In this document: positions 26,522-35,939 of the stretch, piece after piece | Layout of the letters: each line of letters begins with the position of its first letter | Numbering within the stretch: position 1 is the first letter of the stretch | NCBI GenBank assembly: GCA_002305115.1 | Contig: DBQF01000001.1 | Coordinates: 373,767 to 437,766 of the forward strand | Direction: 5' to 3' | Length of the DNA stretch: 64,000 nt | From: a candidate division WWE3 bacterium UBA1401 | Lineage (GTDB): Bacteria; Patescibacteriota; WWE3; UBA101185; UBA10185 | The notes under the pieces: generated by a model | The model's database searches: none | Told to the model about the DNA's origin: nothing | Seen by the model: only the letters and a program-made list of their open reading frames with translations | Position numbers and translations under genes: made by a program

Positions 26522-29466
26522 CTCGACTGAACAGATTACTGGTTCTAGTGATCCTTACTTTAGCCTCTGTGGTCTTTATCTTGCCCTATACTCAAAAGGG
26601 CCTTATTATTGCAGGGGGAGAGTCTTCTATTTATCTGAATCCAGGATATATAAATTACCAAACTACTTGGCTAGACAAATTTAATTTTGGTACTGAGTCC
26701 ACACACCAGGCTAACATTTTCTTATTCGACTACTTTTGGAAAGTACTAAGCATACAAAAAATACTTCACCCTTCTGTGTTTTTTATATTCTTATCAACTT
26801 TGTTAAGTAGCTTGGCATTTTATTATGTGTCGGATAAGATGATTAAGCCGCAGAACGCTTTTGCTTTGTTGGCTCCTAGTTTGCTTTATACATTTAATGT
26901 TTTTAGATTATTAGGCCCTTTAAATGAACGTTTGATCTTATTATTCATATTTTTGCCCTTATTTTTTTATGCGTACTACAAGTTCTTAGAAGTTCCTAAT
27001 GTGAAAAATATTTTACGCATAGCAATTTTGTCCATTCTTTCCTCTTCCATGGGCGCTAATATGCCAGTTTTTACTATCCCCTATGTTCTTATGACCCTAT
27101 ACTTTGGCTATTACCTTATTACTCACCCTGGTACTCAAGTTAGTAAGTTGTTAAGCTGGCACATAGTTTTGATTCTTACTATTTTGTTAGTAAATTTATT
27201 TTGGATTGTTCCTGTAGGTATTCAACTAGTAGATTTGTACAAACGCTCCGCTGGTAAATTAGATGCGTACTTTACGGTTTTGCAAAGTGGTACTTTCCTT
27301 GACCATTTTAGATTATTAGGTTCGTGGGGTTGGAGAGGTGCTCATAACGGTGAACTTTACTACCCTTATTCAGAACTTTATGATAAGCCCCTTTTGTTGA
27401 GTTCGACTTTGGTTGTTACTTTGTTATCTTTTCTGACTTTATTTACAAAACCCCGCAAGCCACAAACCTTTTTTTTGGTTCTGGCAGTTATTGCGTTAAT
27501 TTTGTTAGCAGGTACTAAAGGCCCTTTCTATTTTGCATTTCAAATACTGTATAGATTTATACCTGTGTTTCGAATATATAGGGAACCCTTTACAAAATTT
27601 ATGCCCCTATTCCTGCTTGCTGCGTCCCTTAACCTGGTTTTTACTCTAGATTATCTTGCCGGAAAAATTAAGGGCTATGTTGCCAGGTTAGTCTGTTTGT
27701 GCTTTGTTGCAGTTCTGGTTTTATTAAATGCTTACCCTTTTTTTGTGGCAGAGGCCATTCCTAAAACCCGCTTCACCAATTTAGTATTACAAGTGCCTCA
27801 GCACTGGCAGGATGCAAAGGCTATTCTTAGCCAGTACGATGACAGTAGCAACATTTTGATTTCACCTTATAATACCTATAGCACTAGTTATAATTGGGAT
27901 CCTACCCCGACTATTACTGGAAATATCGCAGACTACTTGCTACCTAATAGGTTGTTACGAGCTTGGCGCACAGATCAGTCTCCATCTGGAATTCTAGTTT
28001 CAAGTATTTTTGATAGTTCCAGACCTTATGATCTTAAGAACTATTTAAGTTTGTTCAATGTAGGCTACGTTTTGCAGGAGAATGACCTTAAGTGGACGAG
28101 TTCCGAGCAAATTGACTCGCCTTTACATTTTAATGCATACTACAAAAATCATGGTCTTAAAGTATTGGAAGAGTTTGGTTACTCTTCCAGTTTAGAAATG
28201 CCCCAGCTTACCTTCTACGAAATACCCGAGGCTTATAGTTCTGCGCTGGTTTATGTGCCCAAAGAAGTTTATTATGCGTCAGTAGCTTTACCACAGCTTA
28301 AGTACCTTACTAGTGTAGCTGATTACGCCATTCCTTCTGCCTTTATTGTTGAGGATCTTCCAAGCTTGATAAACCCTGAACTGATTAAGGGCACTTACCT
28401 GTTGCGTGACACAGCTATGTGGTTTGATTACAAGAGCGCCACATGGCATAAGGAGTGGACTTGGCCGCAGGCAACTATAGACCCGTCCAAACCCGAACAT
28501 AACTTAGTTCGACTTAAAGAGGGTGTAATAGAGAGGCTTAAGCGTTCAAATTATTATAGCGATTATGTCGAATATCTTATTTGGTTAGGTGTCAAGAGAT
28601 CTGTAGAGTTGCATGACTATAATGTAGATTCGGCTACTGAAGAACAATTAATTAATGAGTGGCATAACTATTTTAGTTTAGCCTTGCAAGTGTTAAGAGA
28701 CGTACCTGATCAAGAAAGGGCAGAAGATTATTGGCAGTTAGTTGGTAAAGTTTATTCGTATTACCAAAAAACTATTGCCACATACCCCGAGCTGGCTCAG
28801 CATGCCGACTTGTTGGCTAGTTTTCCTAAATCAAGCCTTTTTTGTGGTTCTAACTGTGCAACTTTTACTTTTACTGAAGCAGGACAGTATGCATTGTATA
28901 TTGATAAATTCTCTTTAAGCTTGTCCGAAGCTGGCTTTCCAGATATTGTAACAACAAATGCTTTGTTCACACCTGTAGCCCTAGATTCCGGTTGTAATTA
29001 TTGGTGCCACGCTGGGTATTTAGAGGTTTCTTCAGTTAACAGTATTGTAAATATAGAGCTAGCTGATTCCTACAGTAAGCCTATGATTATGTTGCGAAAA
29101 ATCAAAAGGCCTGCTGCCGGTAATATTCCTGAAGCAATTGCTTATGAGAAAATTAGTTCTACAGAGTACAAAGTTTCTGTGTATGAACCTAAAGATCCTT
29201 TCGTTATGGTTTTCAATCAAAGTTTTTCACCTCTATGGAAACTCACTAATCCCAGTAGTGACTTGACCGCCACACACTTTAAGGCAAACGGTTTCGCGAA
29301 TGCATGGCAGATTGTTCCTCAAAGTAATGCTGATCGACTTGATTTTGTTCTAGCTTACTCTGCAGAACCTTATTTTGTAATAGCACTTACAATAGCTTTA
29401 GCAGTATTAGTTTTTGGTACTATCTATCTAGTTGGTAATCATTTGTATGCTAAAAAGAGTAGCTGA
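26518..29466 (+). CDS. large GT-C-type membrane protein, AftD/DUF3367-like, paralog of 23926..26361
   Basis: 982 aa. IIAGGESSIYLNPGY...WLDKFNFGTE follows TM1. Blocks FRLLGSWGWRG and YREPFTKF are shared with the upstream paralog (LRLLGSWALHS, FREAYTKF). There is a C-terminal TM anchor. Confidence 0.7.
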   Translation: MTRLNRLLVLVILTLASVVFILPYTQKGLIIAGGESSIYLNPGYINYQTTWLDKFNFGTESTHQANIFLFDYFWKVLSIQKILHPSVFFIFLSTLLSSLAFYYVSDKMIKPQNAFALLAPSLLYTFNVFRLLGPLNERLILLFIFLPLFFYAYYKFLEVPNVKNILRIAILSILSSSMGANMPVFTIPYVLMTLYFGYYLITHPGTQVSKLLSWHIVLILTILLVNLFWIVPVGIQLVDLYKRSAGKLDAYFTVLQSGTFLDHFRLLGSWGWRGAHNGELYYPYSELYDKPLLLSSTLVVTLLSFLTLFTKPRKPQTFFLVLAVIALILLAGTKGPFYFAFQILYRFIPVFRIYREPFTKFMPLFLLAASLNLVFTLDYLAGKIKGYVARLVCLCFVAVLVLLNAYPFFVAEAIPKTRFTNLVLQVPQHWQDAKAILSQYDDSSNILISPYNTYSTSYNWDPTPTITGNIADYLLPNRLLRAWRTDQSPSGILVSSIFDSSRPYDLKNYLSLFNVGYVLQENDLKWTSSEQIDSPLHFNAYYKNHGLKVLEEFGYSSSLEMPQLTFYEIPEAYSSALVYVPKEVYYASVALPQLKYLTSVADYAIPSAFIVEDLPSLINPELIKGTYLLRDTAMWFDYKSATWHKEWTWPQATIDPSKPEHNLVRLKEGVIERLKRSNYYSDYVEYLIWLGVKRSVELHDYNVDSATEEQLINEWHNYFSLALQVLRDVPDQERAEDYWQLVGKVYSYYQKTIATYPELAQHADLLASFPKSSLFCGSNCATFTFTEAGQYALYIDKFSLSLSEAGFPDIVTTNALFTPVALDSGCNYWCHAGYLEVSSVNSIVNIELADSYSKPMIMLRKIKRPAAGNIPEAIAYEKISSTEYKVSVYEPKDPFVMVFNQSFSPLWKLTNPSSDLTATHFKANGFANAWQIVPQSNADRLDFVLAYSAEPYFVIALTIALAVLVFGTIYLVGNHLYAKKSS

Positions 29467-29770
29467 TCAGCATCCATTGCTTGTAAAGGTACTTTTACTG
29501 GGTGTTTTAGCACTAGATATCTTTGTGTTTAGAGCTCAGTACTATTTGCTAACTCTAGTGTTTTTCTTCATCTTTTTCGCAGCTATGCAGGCATTTTCTG
29601 TAAAGAGTATGTTTCCAGGCCTGGCTTTTTTTTCTTGTGTATTTATAAGTGCCTTGCTGTTTGCGCTGGAATTAGAAAAACTATCTGAAGCGTTTGCTAT
29701 ATGGGGGTTGGTATTTCTTGTATCTGCCACTATAATAAAAGTGCTGGAAGAGAAAGCTGATAATGCTTGA
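29447..29770 (+). CDS. small polytopic membrane protein (107 aa), function unknown (possibly a GtrA/ArnE-like small flippase)
   Basis: The track ORF starts at 29432; ATG 29447 is preferred. It has several hydrophobic segments, overlaps both neighbours, and has no recognisable motif. Confidence 0.5.
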   Translation: MLKRVADQHPLLVKVLLLGVLALDIFVFRAQYYLLTLVFFFIFFAAMQAFSVKSMFPGLAFFSCVFISALLFALELEKLSEAFAIWGLVFLVSATIIKVLEEKADNA

Positions 29771-30791
29771 TTTACCAAAAGTCTCTATTTTAATACCTAC
29801 GCTTAATACAGCAGCTGTGTTGGAGAGTTGTCTTAAGTCTATTCAAATGCAAGACTACCCGAAAGATAAGATCGAAATCATACTGGGGGATGGGGGTTCT
29901 ACTGATGATACTGTTAAATTAGCTTCTAGTTATGGTGCACGCATAATCCCTAACCCACTAAAAACCGGTGAAGCAGGAAAGCTTGTAGCACTTAAGCAGG
30001 CTACAGGAGAATTTTGTGCCCTTATTGATTCCGACAATATCTTACCTACATCAAGCTGGCTAAGAGAAATGATAGTTCCATTACTTAAGCATCCTGAAGC
30101 TGTGGGTAGTGAGCCCTGGAAATATACCTGGCGCAAGAGTGACAGCTTTATAACAAGATATTCTGCATTAATTGGTATGAATGACCCTTTAGTGCACTTT
30201 TTGGGAAACTATGACCGTGTCAATTTGCTTACAGGTAAATGGACAGAAGTAACTCACGAAGAACAAGACTGTGGGGAGTACCTTCTAGTGGCTTTCGATA
30301 AGCATGGTATTCCTACTATAGGTGCAAATGGTACCGTTTTTAGAACAAGCTTTTTGCTGGATAATGTGTCTGGAAACTATCTTTTTGACATTGATATTTT
30401 GGCAAAGAAGATACATAAGAATGGAAAAGTAACCTTTATAAAAGTAAAAAATGGCATAGTTCATACTTTTTGTGAAGGTGACATTTTTAAATTTTCCAGA
30501 AAGCAACGCAGACGTATTAAAGATTTTTTATACCATCAGTCATTAGGTGAGCGGGACTATGACTGGGATTTTTCGCAAAGCAACTTAAAGGGTTTGCTTA
30601 AGTTTATGGCTGCTTGTATTACTGTTGTGCCATTAATTTATCAAAGCTTAAAAGGGTTTATGCGAAAGCCTGATATCGCCTGGTTCTTTCACCCCTTAGC
30701 ATGCGAACTGACACTTTGGGAGTACGGTATTGGAAGAGTAAAGGGGTTTTTCAAAAAGTCCCAGCTTAGTAGGGCAAATTGGGGTCAATAG
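29763..30791 (+). CDS. GT2 glycosyltransferase
   Basis: VSILIPTLN, ILGDGGSTDDT and ALIDSDN (DxD) motifs, plus a hydrophobic segment near the C-terminus. Confidence 0.8.
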   Translation: MLDLPKVSILIPTLNTAAVLESCLKSIQMQDYPKDKIEIILGDGGSTDDTVKLASSYGARIIPNPLKTGEAGKLVALKQATGEFCALIDSDNILPTSSWLREMIVPLLKHPEAVGSEPWKYTWRKSDSFITRYSALIGMNDPLVHFLGNYDRVNLLTGKWTEVTHEEQDCGEYLLVAFDKHGIPTIGANGTVFRTSFLLDNVSGNYLFDIDILAKKIHKNGKVTFIKVKNGIVHTFCEGDIFKFSRKQRRRIKDFLYHQSLGERDYDWDFSQSNLKGLLKFMAACITVVPLIYQSLKGFMRKPDIAWFFHPLACELTLWEYGIGRVKGFFKKSQLSRANWGQ

Positions 30792-30793
30792 CC

Positions 30794-32344
30794 ATGTACG
30801 TTATTGGAGATTTGGATGACCAAACACTAACCTTAGTATGGAGTAAACTTTCTGATACGGTTCTTAGTTTGCCCCCGATTTTCAAAGACTTTCCGGTATA
30901 TCAGCAATTGTTTTCACCCTTTATTCGGCCATTTACAGATTATCAACCATTGGCTAGTTTAGTTATTTCGCTTTTTTTTACACTATTTGGGGGTTTTGCT
31001 CAGCCTGTGTTTATGGCTCTTACACTGTTTATTAATTTTTTTGTCAGTTATCGTTTTTTTAAAAAGTATAAAGTTGGGCTGTTTTTAGCATTGCTCTTTA
31101 CCTTTTCCTCGTATTGGTGGATTCACTTGGGTGTCCATCTTATTTTGATACAGCTGTGGGTTTTTCCTTTCCTTTTTATTCTAGTTGATAAAGTGCAAGA
31201 GGCTAGTAATTTAAAGAGCATATTGATGTTAGGGTTGTGGCTTGCACTAATTTCAATAATTTCACTATACTATGGTTTTTTCTCACTCCTGTTTCTTTCT
31301 ATATATGTAATTGTTGAAATTATTTTTAGAAAACAATCAACTAAGTTACACCTAGCTGCATTGGGCATTGGGTTTTTACTTACACTTATTCTTCAGCTGC
31401 CCAACATTTATAAATTTGTGGCTTCTGATAGTAAGTTTAGTAATGTTAGTATATCTCGTGCCTACGAAGATTTTTTTTACTTTAGTTCCAGGCCTTGGTA
31501 TTTTTTTATACCCCCTACAAGAAATCCACTTTATGGGAAATTTGCCGAACAGCTAATTGACTCGGTGGCTGCAACCAATTATTTTTTAGCTGATGACTAT
31601 TTTCCTAGAGAGCATTCGGGTAATTTTTTCGGATATCTTTTCTATGTGCTAGTTACTGTTAGTGTCGCTTTTGTTCTGGTAAAAGGTCCGACAGCTCTAA
31701 AACGGCACGTATCGTTTCTGGTGTTACTAGTTGTTGTTTTGGGCGCTTTTATGATGCCGCCTTTTTTTACAGTTTCAGGCCTGAAACTATACACACCTTC
31801 TCAGCTGATTTTTGCTTTGCTACCTGTTTTTAGGGTTAGTACAAGAATGGTGATTTTGATTCATCTGGTTTTACTTATGCTTCTTGGTGTTGTTTATGAT
31901 TTCATACTGACTCAGTATGTTATTAGTAAGCGTTATTTGAGTGTGTTTGCAAGTATAGTTACAGTAATAATCTTGATGGAGACTTATATTCCCCCGGAAG
32001 TTAAGCATTTTGTACCCCCTGATGTATATGCTTATATGGGTAGTCATTTAGATAGTGGCACAAAATTTGTTGTGTACCCTTATGATAGTACTCAAGAGGC
32101 TTTGCTTTGGTTGGACGTACATAAGGGGCTGTTGGTCAACCCTAGGGGGTATCACGACGCGAATTACGATGCTGAGAGTTTTACAAAAGCGCTTGGTGTT
32201 GGTGATAGTTTGGAAGTTTTGAAGTCTATGGGCACGGAGTATTTGGTGGTTTTTGAAGGTGACGAGGCTGATGAGGTTGATGTGTCTAGGGGTTTGGAGA
32301 AGGTGCAGGAGTTTAGTTCTTCGACTTTATACAAAGTGCTTTAA
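30794..32344 (+). CDS. polytopic membrane protein with a soluble C-terminal domain, GT-C-like
   Basis: ATG 30794 lies 2 nt after the upstream stop (the track TTG 30779 is less likely). The N-terminus has GDLDDQTLTLVW, many hydrophobic segments follow, and the C-terminal tail is ...SSSTLYKVL as in the other GT-C-like proteins. Confidence 0.6.
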   Translation: MYVIGDLDDQTLTLVWSKLSDTVLSLPPIFKDFPVYQQLFSPFIRPFTDYQPLASLVISLFFTLFGGFAQPVFMALTLFINFFVSYRFFKKYKVGLFLALLFTFSSYWWIHLGVHLILIQLWVFPFLFILVDKVQEASNLKSILMLGLWLALISIISLYYGFFSLLFLSIYVIVEIIFRKQSTKLHLAALGIGFLLTLILQLPNIYKFVASDSKFSNVSISRAYEDFFYFSSRPWYFFIPPTRNPLYGKFAEQLIDSVAATNYFLADDYFPREHSGNFFGYLFYVLVTVSVAFVLVKGPTALKRHVSFLVLLVVVLGAFMMPPFFTVSGLKLYTPSQLIFALLPVFRVSTRMVILIHLVLLMLLGVVYDFILTQYVISKRYLSVFASIVTVIILMETYIPPEVKHFVPPDVYAYMGSHLDSGTKFVVYPYDSTQEALLWLDVHKGLLVNPRGYHDANYDAESFTKALGVGDSLEVLKSMGTEYLVVFEGDEADEVDVSRGLEKVQEFSSSTLYKVL

Positions 32345-32383
32345 CAAGGCAAGGATACTGGCCGGTAGTACCAACTTCCTTTG

Positions 32384-32392
32384 TGCTATAAT
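32384..32392 (+). promoter_or_regulatory. extended -10 promoter element (TGcTATAAT) for the GC-rich orphan gene
   Basis: Sequence tttgTGcTATAATttt lies ~50 nt upstream of ATG 32443. A strong SD (GAAGGAG) sits 7 nt before the ATG. Confidence 0.4.
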
Positions 32393-32442
32393 TTTGCCAA
32401 CAGAGTGAGACTATAAGACACATAGTACGAAGGAGAGTTCTC

Positions 32443-33291
32443 ATGCCTCAATTACAATATCTTCTGCACCCGATTGTGGCTTATCCACAATCAAAAGGTC
32501 TCCAGACTGCTCTTAAACTTGCAACCGATGCAGGGTACTCTGGCATTGTGATGGTACCCTTTGGCCCTTGGCCTGTTGAAGAAATAAGGGCTGTTCCACC
32601 TGAGAAAGTGGGTGCTGTCGAGGGGGCATGGCATGCCGCCACAGTTGCCAACTTTTGGCATTTAGCGTCTTTAATGCGTGTTGCACACCTTCGTGACAGT
32701 TCTGTTCCATTGCCTTGGGACAACCTCTTTTGGGGGGACCATGACCAAGTCGTCGCTAAGGAGGCAGTAATTCAGCACTGCTTTTCAGGCTGTGCTATTT
32801 ATTCAGGTCATGGCCCTGAAAACACAATTGGGTGGCCAGTAGAAAGATACGCGTGGGAGGTTAATCCTGACCATGGTATATATGGTGATGACGTGCTTGA
32901 GGTGCCCGGTAAATTTGGTATAGACTTTCTACATCTTACCCGCCTTTCGCGTATAGATCCCACAAAGCGCATAGTGGCACCAGACCAAATGTTGGCGTTT
33001 ATTCAGGAGCTGATCAAACAGCGAGGCACAGACATTGTACTTGTGCACTTGCACCTAGCTGCTACCCAGATAGTGCCATTTACGTTAGGGTTGGTGCCTC
33101 CTGAGCTACGTGAAGGTTTTAGGATGCTCGCGCAACTTGGGGATTTACCAGTAGCTGTCCAGTTTTTACCTCCGTTTCCACTGAATTGGTCCTATAGTAC
33201 CGCAGTAAGGTATCTCCGTAGGATCAAAGAAGTTGCTGACGGACTTTACCTTGTAGGTTTACGCGAGCTTAAGCGCGCTTACGCGTTTTAA
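32443..33291 (+). CDS. hypothetical protein, visibly GC-richer than its neighbours (weak resemblance to xylose-isomerase-like TIM-barrel proteins)
   Basis: 282 aa with no TM segments. LKLATDAGYSGIVM and VLVHLHLAA are only weakly reminiscent of sugar-phosphate isomerase/epimerase TIM barrels. It has its own promoter and SD. Long spurious antisense ORFs (32481..32723, 32513..32710) reflect the higher GC. Confidence 0.55.
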   Translation: MPQLQYLLHPIVAYPQSKGLQTALKLATDAGYSGIVMVPFGPWPVEEIRAVPPEKVGAVEGAWHAATVANFWHLASLMRVAHLRDSSVPLPWDNLFWGDHDQVVAKEAVIQHCFSGCAIYSGHGPENTIGWPVERYAWEVNPDHGIYGDDVLEVPGKFGIDFLHLTRLSRIDPTKRIVAPDQMLAFIQELIKQRGTDIVLVHLHLAATQIVPFTLGLVPPELREGFRMLAQLGDLPVAVQFLPPFPLNWSYSTAVRYLRRIKEVADGLYLVGLRELKRAYAF

Positions 33292-33308
33292 GCTGGTTTT
33301 GATAGGGT

Positions 33309-33344
33309 GGGGAGTGTAGGTGATCCTGCCAAATATGCACTCCC
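33309..33344 (+). terminator. hairpin downstream of the GC-rich orphan gene (possible terminator, no T-tract)
   Basis: GGGAGTG (33310-33316) pairs with CACTCCC (33338-33344) across a 21-nt loop. Confidence 0.25.
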
Positions 33345-33368
33345 TGCCCATACCTTTCATCTCTCTGC

Positions 33369-33374
33369 TAAAAT
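33369..33374 (+). promoter_or_regulatory. -10-like TAAAAT box 6 nt upstream of ATG 33381
   Basis: Sequence reads gcTAAAATaaacccATG, with no SD-like purine run. Confidence 0.35.
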
Positions 33375-33380
33375 AAACCC

Positions 33381-34721
33381 ATGCGAACAGCTATAAGAAT
33401 CACCCTTTTTGCCTTTTGCGTATTCTTCTTCTCCTGGTTAGTTGTATACAAAACCGGTATCAACCCCTTAGGCATACAGTCAGAAGATACCTTGCCTGCC
33501 ATGTTCCTTCCTATTTCTGTTCTAAAAGACAAAACTTTATATGCTGATAACTACTTTGATATGATTCGGCAGAACTATCCGCACCCCGATGACAAAAGCT
33601 TTGAAAAAAACTTAACGCCCTTTTACTTTAAAAAAGTAGGCGAGCACTATATTTCAGCCTTTACTATCATGAGTGGGTTAGTGGCTATGCCGGTTTACTT
33701 GTTACCGGTTATTGCAAATATGCCCATAACCCTGGAAAGCATTACTATCTTGGCGCATGTCGCCTCTGCCTTAATTATGGCTTTCTCTGGAGGTGTCTTC
33801 TATCTGCTAGTGAAAAATAAGTTTTTCCTTAACGAGAAACACAGCTTCTTGCTTACTGGTATTTACTTGTTTGGCACAGTTAACTATGCTATGTTGTCAC
33901 AGGCGCTTTGGCAGCACGGTACTTTACAGCTATTTATCGTTATCGCCTTGTATTTTTTGTATGGCAAAAAGTGGTTTCTAAGCGCCCTGTTTTTAGGGTT
34001 TGCCTTTATAACGCGCCCCACAGCAGCCATAATCATATTTTATTTAGCTTTACTTGCCATTTACCTTAACGGGAAACTAGTGAGTGCAAAGTTCTTATTA
34101 GGATTTGTTCCGGCAATTGTATTTTTCTTGTGGTACAACAGTGCGTTTTATGCAGATATAACGAACCAGGGCTACGCTTCGCAGTTTATTACCGGTTGGA
34201 AATCTCGTTTTCCGGAGGGGTTTTTGGGTATCTGGCTTTCTCCCAGTAAGGGGATTTTAGTGTATTCCCCAGTACTTATTTTTTCGCTTGGGGGGATTTA
34301 TTTAGCAGTTAAGAATTGGCGAGCACATGTAGACTATATTCTTTTTGGCAGTATTATTTTCATGTATACGCTTGTCTTTGGTATGTGGCAGCACTGGTAC
34401 GGTGGGTTTTCTTTTGGGTATAGAATGGCTTCCGATGTTATTCCTTTCTTGGTGTTGTGTTTAGTACCGTTTGTGAAGTCTAGGTGGTTTGAGAAGTTTA
34501 GGCAGTGGTTCTATGGGGCAATTGTATTTTCGGTATTAGTGCAGGTTTGTGGGATCGTGTTTTTTGATACTATTTGGCATAACGCATATGATGATGGGTA
34601 TGTTGACACGGCTTGGTTATGGTCGGTGAAGGATAGTGAGTTTGTGTTTAATGTAAGAAGGGTTTTAGTGAAGCTAGGCCTTTTGGAGCGCGCCTGCCCA
34701 CAGTGTCTTCCTGGAAAGTAG
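33381..34721 (+). CDS. polytopic membrane protein, GT-C-like (PMT_2/DUF2029-like)
   Basis: 446 aa. GIQSEDTLPAMFLP follows TM1, and the rest of the protein is almost entirely hydrophobic segments. Confidence 0.6.
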   Translation: MRTAIRITLFAFCVFFFSWLVVYKTGINPLGIQSEDTLPAMFLPISVLKDKTLYADNYFDMIRQNYPHPDDKSFEKNLTPFYFKKVGEHYISAFTIMSGLVAMPVYLLPVIANMPITLESITILAHVASALIMAFSGGVFYLLVKNKFFLNEKHSFLLTGIYLFGTVNYAMLSQALWQHGTLQLFIVIALYFLYGKKWFLSALFLGFAFITRPTAAIIIFYLALLAIYLNGKLVSAKFLLGFVPAIVFFLWYNSAFYADITNQGYASQFITGWKSRFPEGFLGIWLSPSKGILVYSPVLIFSLGGIYLAVKNWRAHVDYILFGSIIFMYTLVFGMWQHWYGGFSFGYRMASDVIPFLVLCLVPFVKSRWFEKFRQWFYGAIVFSVLVQVCGIVFFDTIWHNAYDDGYVDTAWLWSVKDSEFVFNVRRVLVKLGLLERACPQCLPGK

Positions 34722-34737
34722 TGTAAAATATAACTAG

Positions 34738-35937
34738 ATGGCTGAACCACAACCAAAGTACAACATAATCTGTCTTTCCAACCAGCTGTGGGATTTTCCA
34801 AATTGGACAAACAAAAAACATGTTATGACTCGCTTAGCAAAGCAAGGCCATACTGTGTTATTTGTTGATCCTCCAATTAATGCCGGCAGAGTATTTCTGC
34901 GGCAAATAATCCGTGGCCTCTGGGGTATAAAAAGACTCTTGACCCAGACAAAAAAAGATGACACTTCTGCCTTAGTTTATACTCCAATAAATTTATTACC
35001 TGTTGCTGATTTAACTTCCAAAATGCACGTTTCCCGCATCAATGAACTGGCAGGAAACCACTTTGACCCTGCGAGAAAAACTCTTCTATGGATTTATCAT
35101 GTGGAAATTCCCGGTATCAGACACTATATAGATAACCTAGACTATGATTTACTCATTTACGACTGTGTCGACAACTATGAAAGTTTTCCTGTATATCAGA
35201 CAGAAGAGGCAAAAACTCGCATACGGGATCAGGAAGGGTACTTAGCCCGAAAGGCCACTCTTGTTTTTGCAACAACTCCTCTATTAGTTGAAAAACTAAA
35301 GGCATTTAATAAGAACGTATTCTTTACCCCAAATGTGGGGGATTTCGATAAGTTCAAAAACGTACAACAGCTAAGAGATACCATACCTGAAGAGCTAAAC
35401 TCTATACCGCATCCGCGTGTAGGTTTTGCTGGCGCCCTTGATGAATACAAGTTTGATATGAACTTACTAAAATTACTTGCTAAAGATCACCCTAATGTAT
35501 CTTTTGTGTTAATAGGACAGTTAGCCCTAAAAGATAAAGGTACAAGTTCTGGGAGACTGGGAATTGGTACTTTGCCCAACGTTCACTTGCTGGGTTCTAA
35601 GCCATATGAAATCCTCGAGTACTATTATGCCGGGTTTGATGCCTACATGATTCCTTATCAGTTAAACGATTACACTGTTGGCGGGTGTTTTCCTGTAAAA
35701 TTTCATGACGCTCTTTCTGCCGGGCTCCCTACAGTAGTGACTAACTTACCTTCATATCTACCTTTTAAGGATGTTTGCTATATTTCCAGAAACTATGAGG
35801 AGTTTTCTAGGAATATTAAAAAAGCACTTGCCGAAGACTCTACTGAAAAAATAAGACATCGTCGCGAAGTTGCCAGCAAAAACAGCTGGGACTCAAAAGT
35901 ACAAACAATGCTTGGTTACATTAAGGCCAATTTGTAG
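34738..35937 (+). CDS. GT4/GT-B glycosyltransferase (TuaH-like subfamily)
   Basis: YNIICLSNQLWDFPNWTNKKHVMTRLAKQGHTVLFVDPP is the typical N-terminus of this subfamily. The C-lobe has a GLPTVVT-type motif. Confidence 0.75.
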   Translation: MAEPQPKYNIICLSNQLWDFPNWTNKKHVMTRLAKQGHTVLFVDPPINAGRVFLRQIIRGLWGIKRLLTQTKKDDTSALVYTPINLLPVADLTSKMHVSRINELAGNHFDPARKTLLWIYHVEIPGIRHYIDNLDYDLLIYDCVDNYESFPVYQTEEAKTRIRDQEGYLARKATLVFATTPLLVEKLKAFNKNVFFTPNVGDFDKFKNVQQLRDTIPEELNSIPHPRVGFAGALDEYKFDMNLLKLLAKDHPNVSFVLIGQLALKDKGTSSGRLGIGTLPNVHLLGSKPYEILEYYYAGFDAYMIPYQLNDYTVGGCFPVKFHDALSAGLPTVVTNLPSYLPFKDVCYISRNYEEFSRNIKKALAEDSTEKIRHRREVASKNSWDSKVQTMLGYIKANL

Positions 35938-35939
35938 TT

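Noticed and set aside
26502-26684. 60-aa track ORF overlapping the start of the second AftD-like gene
   Set aside because: It is in a different frame from both the 982-aa gene and the 55-aa micro-ORF, and the sequence is not membrane- or domain-like.
32481-32723. Two antisense ORFs (80 and 65 aa) inside the GC-rich orphan gene
   Set aside because: They are a by-product of locally high GC (fewer stop codons). The sense ORF is much longer and has a promoter and SD.
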